Below are positions 27,180 through 37,343 of a stretch of 64,000 bases of DNA, in pieces; the first letter of the stretch is position 1, and every line of letters starts with the position of its first letter. A program made the position numbers and the translations under genes. This DNA comes from Candidatus Hydrogenedentota bacterium (GTDB taxonomy: Bacteria > Hydrogenedentota > Hydrogenedentia > Hydrogenedentales > SLHB01). Below the pieces are notes generated by a model. It saw nothing but the letters and a program-made list of their open reading frames with translations, made no database searches and was not told where the DNA came from. The stretch is taken from positions 40,995 through 104,994 of the forward strand of contig JAIBAQ010000002.1 of assembly GCA_019695095.1 (NCBI GenBank). Direction: 5' to 3'.

Positions 27180-29798
27180 ATGAGTATGGCATCGTTGGTT
27201 GTTGCGTGGGTGTTTGTGTCTGCACAGACTCCCGGGGAAGCGCCATCATCGGTACAATTGACGGCCAAATTCTCCCGCGCTGGATTTGAACAGCCGGAGG
27301 CAATCTTGTGGCCCGCGTATTTCTGGCTATGGAACGCTCCCCTTGAGCCAGAACGGCTTCGCGAGCAGCTTCACGACATGGCCTCACACGACGCGCGCAG
27401 CGTGTGCGTCTTGCCGATGCCGCACGGATTCCGTCCTGATTCAACAAACAACAGTCTGGACCCCGACTATCTCACCGATGCGTATCTAGCGCGTGTCCGC
27501 GAGATGGCGCAGGAAGCGGCAAAACTGAAGATGGCGTGGTGGCTTTACGACGAGGGCGGGTGGCCATCCGGGCAGGCGCTTGGGAAGGTCGTTGAGGGTC
27601 ATCCCGAGCTGACTCGCCGCTCGGTGACGCGCGAACGCGTAGATGCTTCTGCACCTTATACGGTTCCCGCCGACGCCCTCTGCCTCGTCGTGGAACAGCC
27701 GGAGGCGCGCGTTGTTCAGCCAGGGGCGACTTGGTCGCCATCCAGTTCTGAGGATGTCGCCTATGTTTATCGCGTTGTTCCGGGAGGCGGCGTAGACTTG
27801 CTCAATCCGAGCGCAACGCAACGCTTCCTCGAAATCACGCACGAGGCCTACGCACGGGTCGTGTCCGAGTACTTCGGCACGACGATTCCGTTCACGTTTA
27901 CGGACGAACCAGGTGCTGGAATGCCGCGCCCGCCCGATTCGATCCCCTGGGTTGAAGGGCTCGACACGTTGTATGCAGGACGCGGTGGACGTTCCCTTCT
28001 TGAGGATTTGCCGAATTTGTTCACATCACCCGCGCCAGATATGCCGGTAGAGGTGATGCAGGCGCGTGTCGCACTCTACGACGCGCTTTCAATGCAGTTT
28101 AAGGATGCCTACTTTGGGAGACTCCAGGAATGGTGCCGCGCTCATGACTTGGCCTCCGCAGGGCATTTGGGAGGAGAAGACGAGACATTTGGCGTCGTGA
28201 AGCACAGCTTTGGTCATTTGTTGCGTCCGTTACGGACGATGGACGTGCCGGGTGTTGACCTCATCTGGCGGCAAGTCTTTCCTGGGCGCGAGAATCAGTC
28301 CAACTTCCCGGTGGCGGCTGCAAGCGCGGCGCATCAGAACGGGACACGGTTCGCTTTCACGGAGTCTTTCTGCGTGTACGGCAATGGGCTTACTCCCGCG
28401 CAGATGAAATGGCTCATCGACTATCAGTATCTGCGGGGTGTGAATCTTCTTGTGATGGGCTGTTATCCGCTGAGTACGGAAGACCACCACATGACCGGTG
28501 AGCGTCCTCACTTTGGTTCAATGAATCCGCTATGGGATCACCTTCCGGGGTTCCATGCCTATGTCGCGCGCTTGGGGTATGCGCTATCCGTTGGACGTCC
28601 GGCGGTACGAACGTCCTTGTACTACCCCGTGCGCGATCTGTGGGCGTATGGCCTTGACGCGAAGGCCGCCGCGGAAACGTATGAAACGCTGGGTGCCGAA
28701 CTTCTTGCGCGGCAGTGTCCCTATGATCTAATTGATGACGACATGCTTGGGAAGGCGCAGGTGACGGACGGGGTACTAGTTGCCGGGGCAATGCGCTACA
28801 ACACAATTGTGTGCGGTGACGTGCGTTGGATGGCTCCCGAGTCACTTGCGCGGCTTGTGCAGCTTTCGCAAGCCGGTGGCAACGTTCTGTGCGTGAATCA
28901 TGCGCCAGGAATCCGCGGAGACGGTGGCGAGGACGTTACATCGTTAGTTGTCGGAACGGTTGGCGAAATTGCGGGACGCGTAACGTCCGCAGTTGCGATG
29001 ACACCTGCAGCGCGTGGACTGAGAGTTGCCGAGCGCGAAACCGAGAATGGCCGGATTCTCGTTCTCTTCAACGAAGGCACGTCTGCCTATGAAGGACAAT
29101 GCACGGTGGGTTCGGCCCACGCGACGGAATTGAACTTGGAGCGTGGCACGACTGAGCGAATTCCGGTATCGGGCGGAACGATTTCGCTTCAGATGGAACC
29201 CGGCGATACGAAGGCTTTTCTGCTGGCGGAAGATTCGCTTGAAGGTGCTGGTCCCCAACGTTCAGCGCAGCAGACCATCACTATTGATGATTCGTCCATT
29301 CGCGCAGTCGCGAGCAAGCAGACTGTCGTGGGAGAGCACAACTTCGAATACGTGAAGCGAAGCCTTGCCGCCGTGCCGTTCGCGAATTCGGCAATGTGGA
29401 AACCCTGGTTATCCGAAGATTTCTCCGGAGAGGTAGACTACGAATTTGTATTCAATGTCCCAGCAGAATGGTCGAGCAGTCCTATCCTTCTGGAAACCGG
29501 CGCGATTGAGTATGCTGCAACGGTTTTTGTGGATGGCAAGGCTGCCGGATACTTGCTATGGCCGCCGTGGCGCGTGACACTGCCCGCATGCGAACCGGGC
29601 GAGCATACAATTACCATACGTGTCGCAAACACGCTGGCGAATGAACTGACCTCTGAACGGGTTGCGCAACTCTGGGCAACGAAAAAGGGGCCGGGTTGGC
29701 CCAGCCCCTATCATGTACGCGCTTTGGAGTTCGAGAAGGAGTCGCGCGGTGGGGGAATTCGCGGTCCCATTCGGTTATCGCAATTTACCCAGTCTTAG
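27180..29798 (+). CDS. Putative glycoside hydrolase (GH106-like alpha-L-rhamnosidase-type architecture with C-terminal galactose-binding-like domain)
   Basis: An 872-aa protein with a short N-terminal signal. Conserved PAYFWLWN-type N-terminal segment and a C-terminal beta-sandwich similar to the GH2 sugar-binding domain. The family call is from memory of motif patterns only. Confidence 0.45.
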   Translation: MSMASLVVAWVFVSAQTPGEAPSSVQLTAKFSRAGFEQPEAILWPAYFWLWNAPLEPERLREQLHDMASHDARSVCVLPMPHGFRPDSTNNSLDPDYLTDAYLARVREMAQEAAKLKMAWWLYDEGGWPSGQALGKVVEGHPELTRRSVTRERVDASAPYTVPADALCLVVEQPEARVVQPGATWSPSSSEDVAYVYRVVPGGGVDLLNPSATQRFLEITHEAYARVVSEYFGTTIPFTFTDEPGAGMPRPPDSIPWVEGLDTLYAGRGGRSLLEDLPNLFTSPAPDMPVEVMQARVALYDALSMQFKDAYFGRLQEWCRAHDLASAGHLGGEDETFGVVKHSFGHLLRPLRTMDVPGVDLIWRQVFPGRENQSNFPVAAASAAHQNGTRFAFTESFCVYGNGLTPAQMKWLIDYQYLRGVNLLVMGCYPLSTEDHHMTGERPHFGSMNPLWDHLPGFHAYVARLGYALSVGRPAVRTSLYYPVRDLWAYGLDAKAAAETYETLGAELLARQCPYDLIDDDMLGKAQVTDGVLVAGAMRYNTIVCGDVRWMAPESLARLVQLSQAGGNVLCVNHAPGIRGDGGEDVTSLVVGTVGEIAGRVTSAVAMTPAARGLRVAERETENGRILVLFNEGTSAYEGQCTVGSAHATELNLERGTTERIPVSGGTISLQMEPGDTKAFLLAEDSLEGAGPQRSAQQTITIDDSSIRAVASKQTVVGEHNFEYVKRSLAAVPFANSAMWKPWLSEDFSGEVDYEFVFNVPAEWSSSPILLETGAIEYAATVFVDGKAAGYLLWPPWRVTLPACEPGEHTITIRVANTLANELTSERVAQLWATKKGPGWPSPYHVRALEFEKESRGGGIRGPIRLSQFTQS

Positions 29799-29815
29799 CG
29801 CAGGTATCGGGAAGT

Positions 29816-30508
29816 CTATTCCTTCTTCAACACTTTGATGCGCAGGTCTTTGAACTGAATCTTCATCGGCGGGCCGGGGTGCATCTGCACGGCGATGATG
29901 CCTTTGTGGCAGGACCACTTGGCGTCGCGGTCATCGACTTCGCACATGAGCTGACCGTTGATGCGCAGTTCGATCTTGCTGCCGATTGCACTGACCTCAT
30001 AGTCATTCCAGTCGTTCTGCTTTACGACTTTCTGCAACTCTTTGGGTGAAGCGAATTGTTCTTCCTTTTTGGTTCCATCCTCGGCAATAACGGATTTGAA
30101 ACCACGCATTACCACGCCCAGGCGATCGTGCTGGAACAGGCATCCTGTCCACTGCGGGCCATTCTCGATGTCCGCTTGGTATCCCCACGTGTCGTAATCG
30201 GGACGTCGCTCGCTGCGGAATTGCAGGCCTGAATTGCCTCCTTCGCCGATGATCCGGTACTTGAACCGCATGACGAAATCGGCGGGTTCGGCGTCCTTCC
30301 AAACAAGATAGTGATGTTTAACGCAAGGCTTATCCTGCGTGCTCTCTGACGTGATGGCTCCGTCCTCGACCCACCATCCGCCGGGCTTGCCCTCCCACCC
30401 CGTCAGGTCCTTTCCATTGAACATGGACACAAAACCGTCTTCGTCGGCCGCATGAGCCCAAGGAAGCACGGCAAAGAAAAATAAAGAAAACGCCAAAACT
30501 CTCTTCAC
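29816..30508 (-). CDS. DUF1080-family 3-keto-disaccharide hydrolase (concanavalin-like beta-sandwich)
   Basis: Signal peptide, then the hallmark FNGKDLTGWEG...W.V.DG start and the overall ~230-aa size of DUF1080. Adjacent to a TAT-Gfo/Idh/MocA dehydrogenase, as is usual for this family. Confidence 0.85.
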   Translation of the reverse strand: MKRVLAFSLFFFAVLPWAHAADEDGFVSMFNGKDLTGWEGKPGGWWVEDGAITSESTQDKPCVKHHYLVWKDAEPADFVMRFKYRIIGEGGNSGLQFRSERRPDYDTWGYQADIENGPQWTGCLFQHDRLGVVMRGFKSVIAEDGTKKEEQFASPKELQKVVKQNDWNDYEVSAIGSKIELRINGQLMCEVDDRDAKWSCHKGIIAVQMHPGPPMKIQFKDLRIKVLKKE

Positions 30509-30535
30509 GATTCTTCCCTCATTTCATGCTCGGAG

Positions 30536-31894
30536 TTAGCTTGGGAGCTTGTAACCTTTGCGCCGTGGACGCGACAACAGCTTATTGCCCTCGTCGCAGT
30601 TCGTGAACTTCTCCTTGTCGGGATTCCAATTGAGAGTCTCGCCTACCCGGCCTACTTCCCGTGCGATGTTCACGAGATAGCATACCGTTGAGCTGCGGTG
30701 CCCGATTTCAATGTCCGCATTGCACTTCTGACGTGTCTTGATGCATTCGAGCCAATTCTCGATGTGGGGCTGGGTCTCCAGCACCTGGAGGGGAGCCGGC
30801 CTGTCGGGCGAATTGACCAGGTCGGCTGGCGCTGCGAGGATCTTGTCGCGATTAATGTCGATACTTCCATTTTCGCCCGTGAATATTGCGCCGAGTCCTG
30901 GCCCGAAATCCGAGTCCAGGCAGAGATCCAGTACGGCCCCGTTGGCGTATTTCATGGTGATTCGCGCGCGTGGTCCCACCAGTCCCTTGGCCATGTTGTA
31001 ATAGCCGACGCCCGTTTCTTCTTCCGAAGTTGCACGTTCGTACAAGCCGCAGGGTTTGTCGGTGACGGGCTCTTCCAGACGCACTTCGATGGGTCCAGTT
31101 TCGTCCGTGCCCAAGCCGCGTTGGATTTGGTCATAGCTGTGAGCGCCCCAACCCGTTACGCCAAAGCAAAGACCGCCGCCATCGTAGTCCCACCAGCGCG
31201 CCCAATCGTGATGCAGCGACGAATGGTACGGGCGCATGACTGCTTGGTTGGTCCAGATGTCCCACCATTTATCATCGCCCCCGGCGGGCATTTCTTCGCC
31301 GGGCTTGTCTTCCCAACGCAACGGGCTCATGAAGTTTGGCGCTTTGACGACAATCGACTTGCCGAGCGCTCCGTTCTTAACCAGATCGCTCGCCCAATTG
31401 TTGAGAGGCATTGAGCGCTGCTGTGTCCCCACTTGAGTCACGCGCTTGTGTTTGCGAGCGACTTTCACCATCTCGCGGCCTTCGGCGATGGTCAAGCACA
31501 TCGGTTTTTCGATGTAGACGTCCATGCCCATTGCCATCGCGTGACATGCAACCCATGCCCTGGCGTGCGTCGTGGTTTCCACCATGACGCCATCAAGCTT
31601 TTCTTTCTCGATCATCTTGCGAAAATCGGTATAGCCTGTGGCTTTCGTTTCTTTGCTTAGGTTTTCGACGGCCGAATCGACTCGTGGCTTGTAGCAGTCG
31701 CAAACGGCGGCGATGCGCATCTGCGGGATCTTCAAACACGTCGCGGCGATATCGCGGCAACGACCTCCCAGGCCGATAAGCCCAATGTTGATGGTCTCGT
31801 TTGCTGAAGGGCCCTCAAGGCCCAGTGCCCTTGCTGAAATGATCATTGGAGCCGACGCTGCGGCAACTTTGAGGAACCCCCTGCGACTCAGCAT
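30536..31894 (-). CDS. Gfo/Idh/MocA-family oxidoreductase with twin-arginine signal (glycoside 3-dehydrogenase-like)
   Basis: TAT motif SRRGFLKVAAA. Rossmann GLIGLGGRC. Gfo/Idh/MocA C-terminal alpha/beta domain. Confidence 0.85.
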   Translation of the reverse strand: MLSRRGFLKVAAASAPMIISARALGLEGPSANETINIGLIGLGGRCRDIAATCLKIPQMRIAAVCDCYKPRVDSAVENLSKETKATGYTDFRKMIEKEKLDGVMVETTTHARAWVACHAMAMGMDVYIEKPMCLTIAEGREMVKVARKHKRVTQVGTQQRSMPLNNWASDLVKNGALGKSIVVKAPNFMSPLRWEDKPGEEMPAGGDDKWWDIWTNQAVMRPYHSSLHHDWARWWDYDGGGLCFGVTGWGAHSYDQIQRGLGTDETGPIEVRLEEPVTDKPCGLYERATSEEETGVGYYNMAKGLVGPRARITMKYANGAVLDLCLDSDFGPGLGAIFTGENGSIDINRDKILAAPADLVNSPDRPAPLQVLETQPHIENWLECIKTRQKCNADIEIGHRSSTVCYLVNIAREVGRVGETLNWNPDKEKFTNCDEGNKLLSRPRRKGYKLPS

Positions 31895-32025
31895 GTCCTG
31901 TAGTCCTTCCTGTCGGCTTTCGCCTCACCGTGTTTACCCGTTACCACCTCACAGCAGCCTAGCACTCGAGCGACACCGCTTCAACCGCTTCGACCGGACT
32001 TCGGAAGTTCAAATGTCCGGTAGTT

Positions 32026-33222
32026 CTAGACAGATTGCAGGGTCCGTATGCTTTCGATCAGGTAGTCCAAAGCTGCGCGTGTCTGACGCGGATTGATGGG
32101 CAGCGTCACGAGGCGGTCCATGACGGCTTCGGCCACGGGAAATTGTCCGCGGCTGAACCCGCGCTTCTGGAATGCCGTCGACAGGTGTAGCGGAATGTAA
32201 TGAGTCCCGACCTTGACGCCGCGTTCCTGCAGCATACGATAAACGAAGTCTTCCTTGTTGATGCCGTAGGTCCCTGCGTCGATTTCAACCGGGAAAAGGT
32301 GAAACACATGCTTGCATCCCGGTGAAACCGTCGGCAGTTTGATCCCTTTGACGTCCTTCAATCCCTCACTGAGATAGGCTGCATTTTTCGCGCGGCGTGC
32401 GTTTAGGTCATCAAGTTTGCGCAGTTGAACACGTCCCACGGCGGCCTGCATATCCGTCATGCGGAAGTTGTAACCGGTGTCGTCGAAATCCTGGAACCAG
32501 AACCGCTTGCCCATTGGGAATTTGGTCTCGTCCAGTGAACAATACTTGGTGCTTTTCCCGTAGACGCGCGTGCAATGCGAGCGGTACAACGCGATGCGCT
32601 CAAAAACCTCTGGGTCGTTGGTGGTGATCATTCCGCCTTCACCCAGCGTAGACAAGTTCTTCTGCTCATGAAAGCTGAAGCAGCCCGTCGCTCCCATGCT
32701 CCCGGTCTTGCGGCCTTTGTACTCCGCGCCCACCGCATGGCACGCGTCTTCAACAATCGCGAAGCCGTGCTGGCGCGAAAGCTCCAGGATTGCGTCCATA
32801 TCGCAGGATTGACCGTAGAGATGAACCGGCAGCACGGCGCGTGTATTTGACGTGAGCTTCTCTTTGAGTTTCGTGGGATCCATGTTGTAGGTGACAGGAT
32901 CGATATCGACAAAATCCACTTCCGCGCCAAGCGTCGCGCCTACGGCGGCGGTCGCAATCCATGTCAGCGGCGTTGTAAGGACGCGTTCTCCCGGTTTGAT
33001 TCCAATCCCAATCAGCGAAAGGAAGAGCGCTGCCGTGCCATTTGACACGGCTCGAGCGTGACTTGTGCCGCAGTACTCGGCGAACTCCTTCTCGAACGCG
33101 ATGCATTCGTCGCCGCTGGTGGGCGCGTTCTTCCGCAACACATCAAGCATGGCCTGTTCTTCTTCGGGGCCATACTCGCTGCCGAACTTGATTTCGAGAT
33201 CGAACTTGATAGGGGTAGCCAT
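32026..33222 (-). CDS. DegT/DnrJ/EryC1/StrS-family PLP-dependent (keto-)sugar aminotransferase
   Basis: Aspartate-aminotransferase fold type I with the DACHAVGA and FSFHEQKNLSTLGEGGM (PLP-lysine) motifs. No signal peptide, so cytoplasmic. Confidence 0.85.
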   Translation of the reverse strand: MATPIKFDLEIKFGSEYGPEEEQAMLDVLRKNAPTSGDECIAFEKEFAEYCGTSHARAVSNGTAALFLSLIGIGIKPGERVLTTPLTWIATAAVGATLGAEVDFVDIDPVTYNMDPTKLKEKLTSNTRAVLPVHLYGQSCDMDAILELSRQHGFAIVEDACHAVGAEYKGRKTGSMGATGCFSFHEQKNLSTLGEGGMITTNDPEVFERIALYRSHCTRVYGKSTKYCSLDETKFPMGKRFWFQDFDDTGYNFRMTDMQAAVGRVQLRKLDDLNARRAKNAAYLSEGLKDVKGIKLPTVSPGCKHVFHLFPVEIDAGTYGINKEDFVYRMLQERGVKVGTHYIPLHLSTAFQKRGFSRGQFPVAEAVMDRLVTLPINPRQTRAALDYLIESIRTLQSV

Positions 33223-33248
33223 TGCTTATCCTCGCTTGCTGGGGGTTG

Positions 33249-34085
33249 CTATGCTTTGACGTAGAGCACGTCGTTGGCCAATTTCTTGAGCCATTTTCGT
33301 TCGCTTGCGCGAACGCCAGTGTCTGTAATGATGCGGTCGAATTGTTTCACAGCCGCATAGCGGCAGAAAGACCGACGGCCAATTTTGCTGTGGTCTACGA
33401 CGAGTATTCGCTGCGTGCCTGCCTGCATGACACCTTCGCACACGCTGGCAAGATCCAGGGCAATCGTGAAGACGCCATCCGGCGTGACGCCGTCAGCGCC
33501 TACAATAGCGTAGTCTACGTGAAAACGAGTCAAGTTCTCCGCGGTGAGCCACCCCGTCAAGTCCGGGCTGCCCCTGCGCGCCGTGCCACCCAGCAGCACC
33601 GTTTCCAGCTCGTCGTGTGCGTAGAGAACCGACGCAATAGCCAACGAACTCGTGAGGACGGTAAGGCCTGGAATTCCCGCGATGGCTTTTGCCACTTCCA
33701 GCGTTGTTGTTCCGCTATCGAGGGCCACCGACGAGCCCGGTTCAATCATTGCCGCCACCGCGCGGGCAATTGCGCGCTTCTCAGGGGCATTGGTGTTGCC
33801 ACGTTCCTGGAAGGCAAACTCGACGATACCGGGCTTCGATAGGATGGCGCCCCCGTGCGTGCGCGTGATGCTGCCCACTTGTTCGAGTTGCTGAAGGTCG
33901 CGACGGATGGAAGCGAGACTCACCGAAAACTTCTCGGCAAGCTCTTGAGCCGTGACCTCGCCTTTACCGTTGAGGTGTCCGACGATTTGGCCGTGACGTA
34001 CATTCGCTGCGCGACTACTCTTGCCCACGGAGATTTGTTCCTCTCTTTCTTTGGGCTTGACGTGGCTCGATTCGGGTATTATCAT
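33249..34085 (-). CDS. DeoR/GlpR-family transcriptional regulator
   Basis: N-terminal HTH (VTAQELAEKFSVSLASIRRDLQQLE) and a C-terminal DeoR sugar-phosphate-binding domain. The true start may lie ~20 codons downstream of the track start. Confidence 0.8.
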   Translation of the reverse strand: MIIPESSHVKPKEREEQISVGKSSRAANVRHGQIVGHLNGKGEVTAQELAEKFSVSLASIRRDLQQLEQVGSITRTHGGAILSKPGIVEFAFQERGNTNAPEKRAIARAVAAMIEPGSSVALDSGTTTLEVAKAIAGIPGLTVLTSSLAIASVLYAHDELETVLLGGTARRGSPDLTGWLTAENLTRFHVDYAIVGADGVTPDGVFTIALDLASVCEGVMQAGTQRILVVDHSKIGRRSFCRYAAVKQFDRIITDTGVRASERKWLKKLANDVLYVKA

Positions 34086-34160
34086 AGTGCGCAGAAACGA
34101 GCAAAAACAATCATAAAACGCGCAAGTTGTCCTGCTCTACTCAAGAAAGGAAAAACCGGT

Positions 34161-35003
34161 ATGAACCGGAAGAACGTAGCCTGGGCATTGCCCTTGTCGA
34201 TGCTGCTGGCAGTCTTGACCATGCTTTCCTCGGTGGCCGCCGCGGCACCCGAGTCGGTGCTTCCTCCGCCAAAGAATGGGCATGTGTATGTCGTTGCCCA
34301 CCGTGGAGCCCATCAGGGGATTCCTGAAAACACCCTTCCCGCGTACCAGAAGGCCATCGATCTTGGCGCTGACTTCGTGGAGATCGACGTACGCACCACC
34401 AAAGACGGTAAGTTTGTCAGTGTTCACAACGGCAAGGTGGACGATTACACCCAGGGTGCCGTGAAGGGCAATGTCTCGGATATGACCTTGGAGGAGCTTC
34501 GCGCGCTGGACATCGGGAGCCGTGTCGGTCCCGAATGGAAGGACACGAAGATACCCACGTTTGAAGAGATCCTTGACCTATGCAAAGGAAAAATCGGCAT
34601 CTATCTCGATCTCAAGGCGGCCGAGGTTGCGCCCCTCATCAAAGAGATCAAGGCCCGAGGCATGGAACGCAGTGTGATTTGGTATGCGGGGCCGAGTAAG
34701 TTGAAAGAGGTAGTCAAGCTCTGTCCCGAGTGTATCCCCATGCCCGACCCCTATGAGATGAAGAACCTTCCTAAATTGCTCGAGCAGGATAAGCCGCGAC
34801 TTGTGGCGTCTTCTTGGGACTTCTACTCGAAGGAGTTTGCAGAGAAGTGCCACGCGGCGGGTGCGTTAGTGATCGTTGACGACGATGGCCCCCAGTGCTG
34901 GGGGCCTGCCTTGGACTGGGGCACCGACGGAATTCAAACTGACGAGCCCGAACAGTTGATTGCGTACATAAAGCAGCGCGAAAGCGCCAAAAGCACTAAA
35001 TAG
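34161..35003 (+). CDS. Secreted glycerophosphodiester phosphodiesterase (GDPD family)
   Basis: Start trimmed to a Met with an AAAGGA ribosome-binding site and a signal peptide. GDPD motifs HRGAHQGIPENTLPAY and EIDVRTTKDG. Divergent from the DeoR regulator. Confidence 0.8.
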   Translation: MNRKNVAWALPLSMLLAVLTMLSSVAAAAPESVLPPPKNGHVYVVAHRGAHQGIPENTLPAYQKAIDLGADFVEIDVRTTKDGKFVSVHNGKVDDYTQGAVKGNVSDMTLEELRALDIGSRVGPEWKDTKIPTFEEILDLCKGKIGIYLDLKAAEVAPLIKEIKARGMERSVIWYAGPSKLKEVVKLCPECIPMPDPYEMKNLPKLLEQDKPRLVASSWDFYSKEFAEKCHAAGALVIVDDDGPQCWGPALDWGTDGIQTDEPEQLIAYIKQRESAKSTK

Positions 35004-35025
35004 GGTGTCCCCCCCCTGACTCAGG

Positions 35026-35073
35026 CATGACGGCGGCATCGCCCGTAGTTCGCCGTCATGCCATCATTTTTTT
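35026..35073. terminator. Bidirectional rho-independent terminator between the GDPD gene and the convergent GH/LamG gene
   Basis: Perfect 10-bp stem catgacggcg / cgccgtcatg, followed by CCATCATTTTTTT. Confidence 0.65.
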
Positions 35074-35100
35074 CCAGAGCCATTAGGGAACCTAATCGAT

Positions 35101-37257
35101 TCACTTCTTGAACTGAAGGAAATGGGTTCTGACTTCATCCTGGCTTAGCGCGCGATCATAGAGTCTGACTTCGTCAAGAAGACCCTCAAAATGGGACTGG
35201 TGCCCCACCGCGAAGTTGCCAAGAACTAGAGGGAACGCGTTTGGATGAACTGGTCCGGGCCGCTCCATCACGCCTTCCTCCTCACCATCGACGTAGATGC
35301 GCAACATCTGGCCGTCAAACGTACCAGCCAAGTGTACCCAGCGACCCGTCGGCAACGGCTCTTTTGCGGTCAAATGATGGCTCCAGTCCGTAAGTGGCAC
35401 CTCGAAGCACGGCTTTCCGTCCAAAACGCCCAAACGATATCCGGTCGAAGTCCCACCGCCAAACACTCGATTCACGCACCACGTGTTTTGCTGGCCCGCG
35501 ACGTCGGTTTTCACCCAGCATTCCACAGTCAACGCAGTCTTGGGCGAGAGGCGTGGGTCGTTGGGAACTTCAACACTTCCGCCCTCGCAAACCAAGGCGT
35601 TGCCGTCGATTCCCTGCGTGCGGCGCGCATTCTGTAATTTTCCGCCCAGACAGTGTCCCGAGTAGTCCATGGCGATCGGCGACTCCAGATCTTCGTCGAA
35701 TGCCCACCATCCGATCAGGCCCGGCTCCTGAGTGTCACCCTTGATTACGTGTTTTGCGAGTTGGCCCTTAAGCGCTTGCTCGCGTGCTACATGCTCCTTG
35801 TAGGCGGTGTCGTAGGGACCCATGCCGATGTCTTCGGGAAGAAGGTCCACATGCGGCGGCGGCATCGTCGCGAATACTTCCCGTACGGCATCGAGATAGC
35901 CGAAGCCATATTCGCGATACGGCGCCAGGTAATGGCCTTCGCTCCATTCGTTCCAGTTGTCCAACAGCAGCATCTTGCTGCCCAGCTCCGTTGCGGGAAA
36001 CGTCGCAATGATGTCTTTGGCCTTCCCGAGTAGCGTCTTGAAATCATCGGGAGGAATCTTCCAAATTGTGCCTTCGTCGTGCCAGCCGCTCCATGCCTGA
36101 GACACCGTGACGACTTGTGGAATGATGCCTATTTGCTGGGTCTTTGTAATGTAATCGACTTGTGCCTCGATTGCTTTTGCAGGGGTCGGGTTATCCGGTA
36201 CGTACCACACGTAGGCAAACGTGTAATCGAGTCCGATGCGCCTCATCAGCTTCAGGTGTTCCGCATCAAGACCCCGGTATTCGCCCAGAATGTACAAACC
36301 GTCGAATCCTGCGTCTTTGCAGGCCTGCCTCATCAAATCGAACGCTTTCACAACATTCTCTTCGCTTCCCAGGTCGTCGATGAGGAATTCAGGACGATAG
36401 ATGAAGAGCAGCGGCTTATTGTCAATCTTGAGATAGTTGGATCGCTTGAAATAGTTCTCGATCCAGAAGGGGAGCAGGTTTCCCATGAGGTCCTTCTCGT
36501 CCGAAACTCCGGCACGCCCCCGTGATTGGTTCTCCCACATGATTGTGAAGTTCATGATGTCGCCGAACTTCGATTTGAACAATGCGTCATGAATAGCGCT
36601 GCTGAAGTTCATCTCTATGGGACCACCTTGGCTGGCGCGATACCAGCAGTAGATGAAGAAGTTCACTCCGTGCTCCACGGCCCACTTTGTTTCCCAATCG
36701 GCAACCTCCGGATTCTCTTGAGAATAGAAACCGAGAGCAGGTGTGCGTTCCGGGTGTTTGAGCACTTGCGCCCACATGTTGGGCTTGTCGGCTTCCCAGA
36801 GCGGGCAATTGTGCGCACCGACCAGAATCTCAGTTTTAACGGGCACGGGATCGGGGATGTACGGAAGCTTCTGCACTTCCACGGGGGGGAGCACATTCAG
36901 CGTAAGTGTTGCCGTTGGTCCGCCTGCATTGCCCGCTCGGACCGCTGCCGCAAGTGCGAACGTCCCCGGCACATCGAATTCCACGCTCCAAGTCACTTCA
37001 CGCTTGCTTCGCGCGTCCAGCGTTAGCGACTGTGCAGAAGGCGCGTCCTTTAAATGCACTCCCTCCTGCAGTACCAGTGATACCTCGGCTGAGACCGGGG
37101 TGTCTCCTGTGTTTTCAACCACGAGGCTAACGCCAACTACTCGTTGCGCCCTGAAGATGGGTCTGTCCGGTTCAAAGCGGCTTATGGATATATCGGCCCA
37201 CGATGAACAGACGCAGACAATAAAGACAAGCCAGGCAATCCCATGACAACTACGCAT
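35101..37257 (-). CDS. Secreted glycoside-hydrolase-like protein with C-terminal LamG (concanavalin A-like) domain
   Basis: Signal peptide. Central TIM-barrel-like region. C-terminal ~180 aa with a LamG/laminin-G-like pattern (GNALVCEGG...LTVECWVK...RWVHLAGTFDG...LRIYVDG...DEVRLYDRALS). Confidence 0.5.
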   Translation of the reverse strand: MRSCHGIAWLVFIVCVCSSWADISISRFEPDRPIFRAQRVVGVSLVVENTGDTPVSAEVSLVLQEGVHLKDAPSAQSLTLDARSKREVTWSVEFDVPGTFALAAAVRAGNAGGPTATLTLNVLPPVEVQKLPYIPDPVPVKTEILVGAHNCPLWEADKPNMWAQVLKHPERTPALGFYSQENPEVADWETKWAVEHGVNFFIYCWYRASQGGPIEMNFSSAIHDALFKSKFGDIMNFTIMWENQSRGRAGVSDEKDLMGNLLPFWIENYFKRSNYLKIDNKPLLFIYRPEFLIDDLGSEENVVKAFDLMRQACKDAGFDGLYILGEYRGLDAEHLKLMRRIGLDYTFAYVWYVPDNPTPAKAIEAQVDYITKTQQIGIIPQVVTVSQAWSGWHDEGTIWKIPPDDFKTLLGKAKDIIATFPATELGSKMLLLDNWNEWSEGHYLAPYREYGFGYLDAVREVFATMPPPHVDLLPEDIGMGPYDTAYKEHVAREQALKGQLAKHVIKGDTQEPGLIGWWAFDEDLESPIAMDYSGHCLGGKLQNARRTQGIDGNALVCEGGSVEVPNDPRLSPKTALTVECWVKTDVAGQQNTWCVNRVFGGGTSTGYRLGVLDGKPCFEVPLTDWSHHLTAKEPLPTGRWVHLAGTFDGQMLRIYVDGEEEGVMERPGPVHPNAFPLVLGNFAVGHQSHFEGLLDEVRLYDRALSQDEVRTHFLQFKK

Positions 37258-37343
37258 ATGCCCCCCTGAAGCTTCTGGCCGTTACGGATGATGAACGAAT
37301 CCTACCAGTGAAGCGGGAGTTCTTGGAAGCAGGAAGTCTGGGA

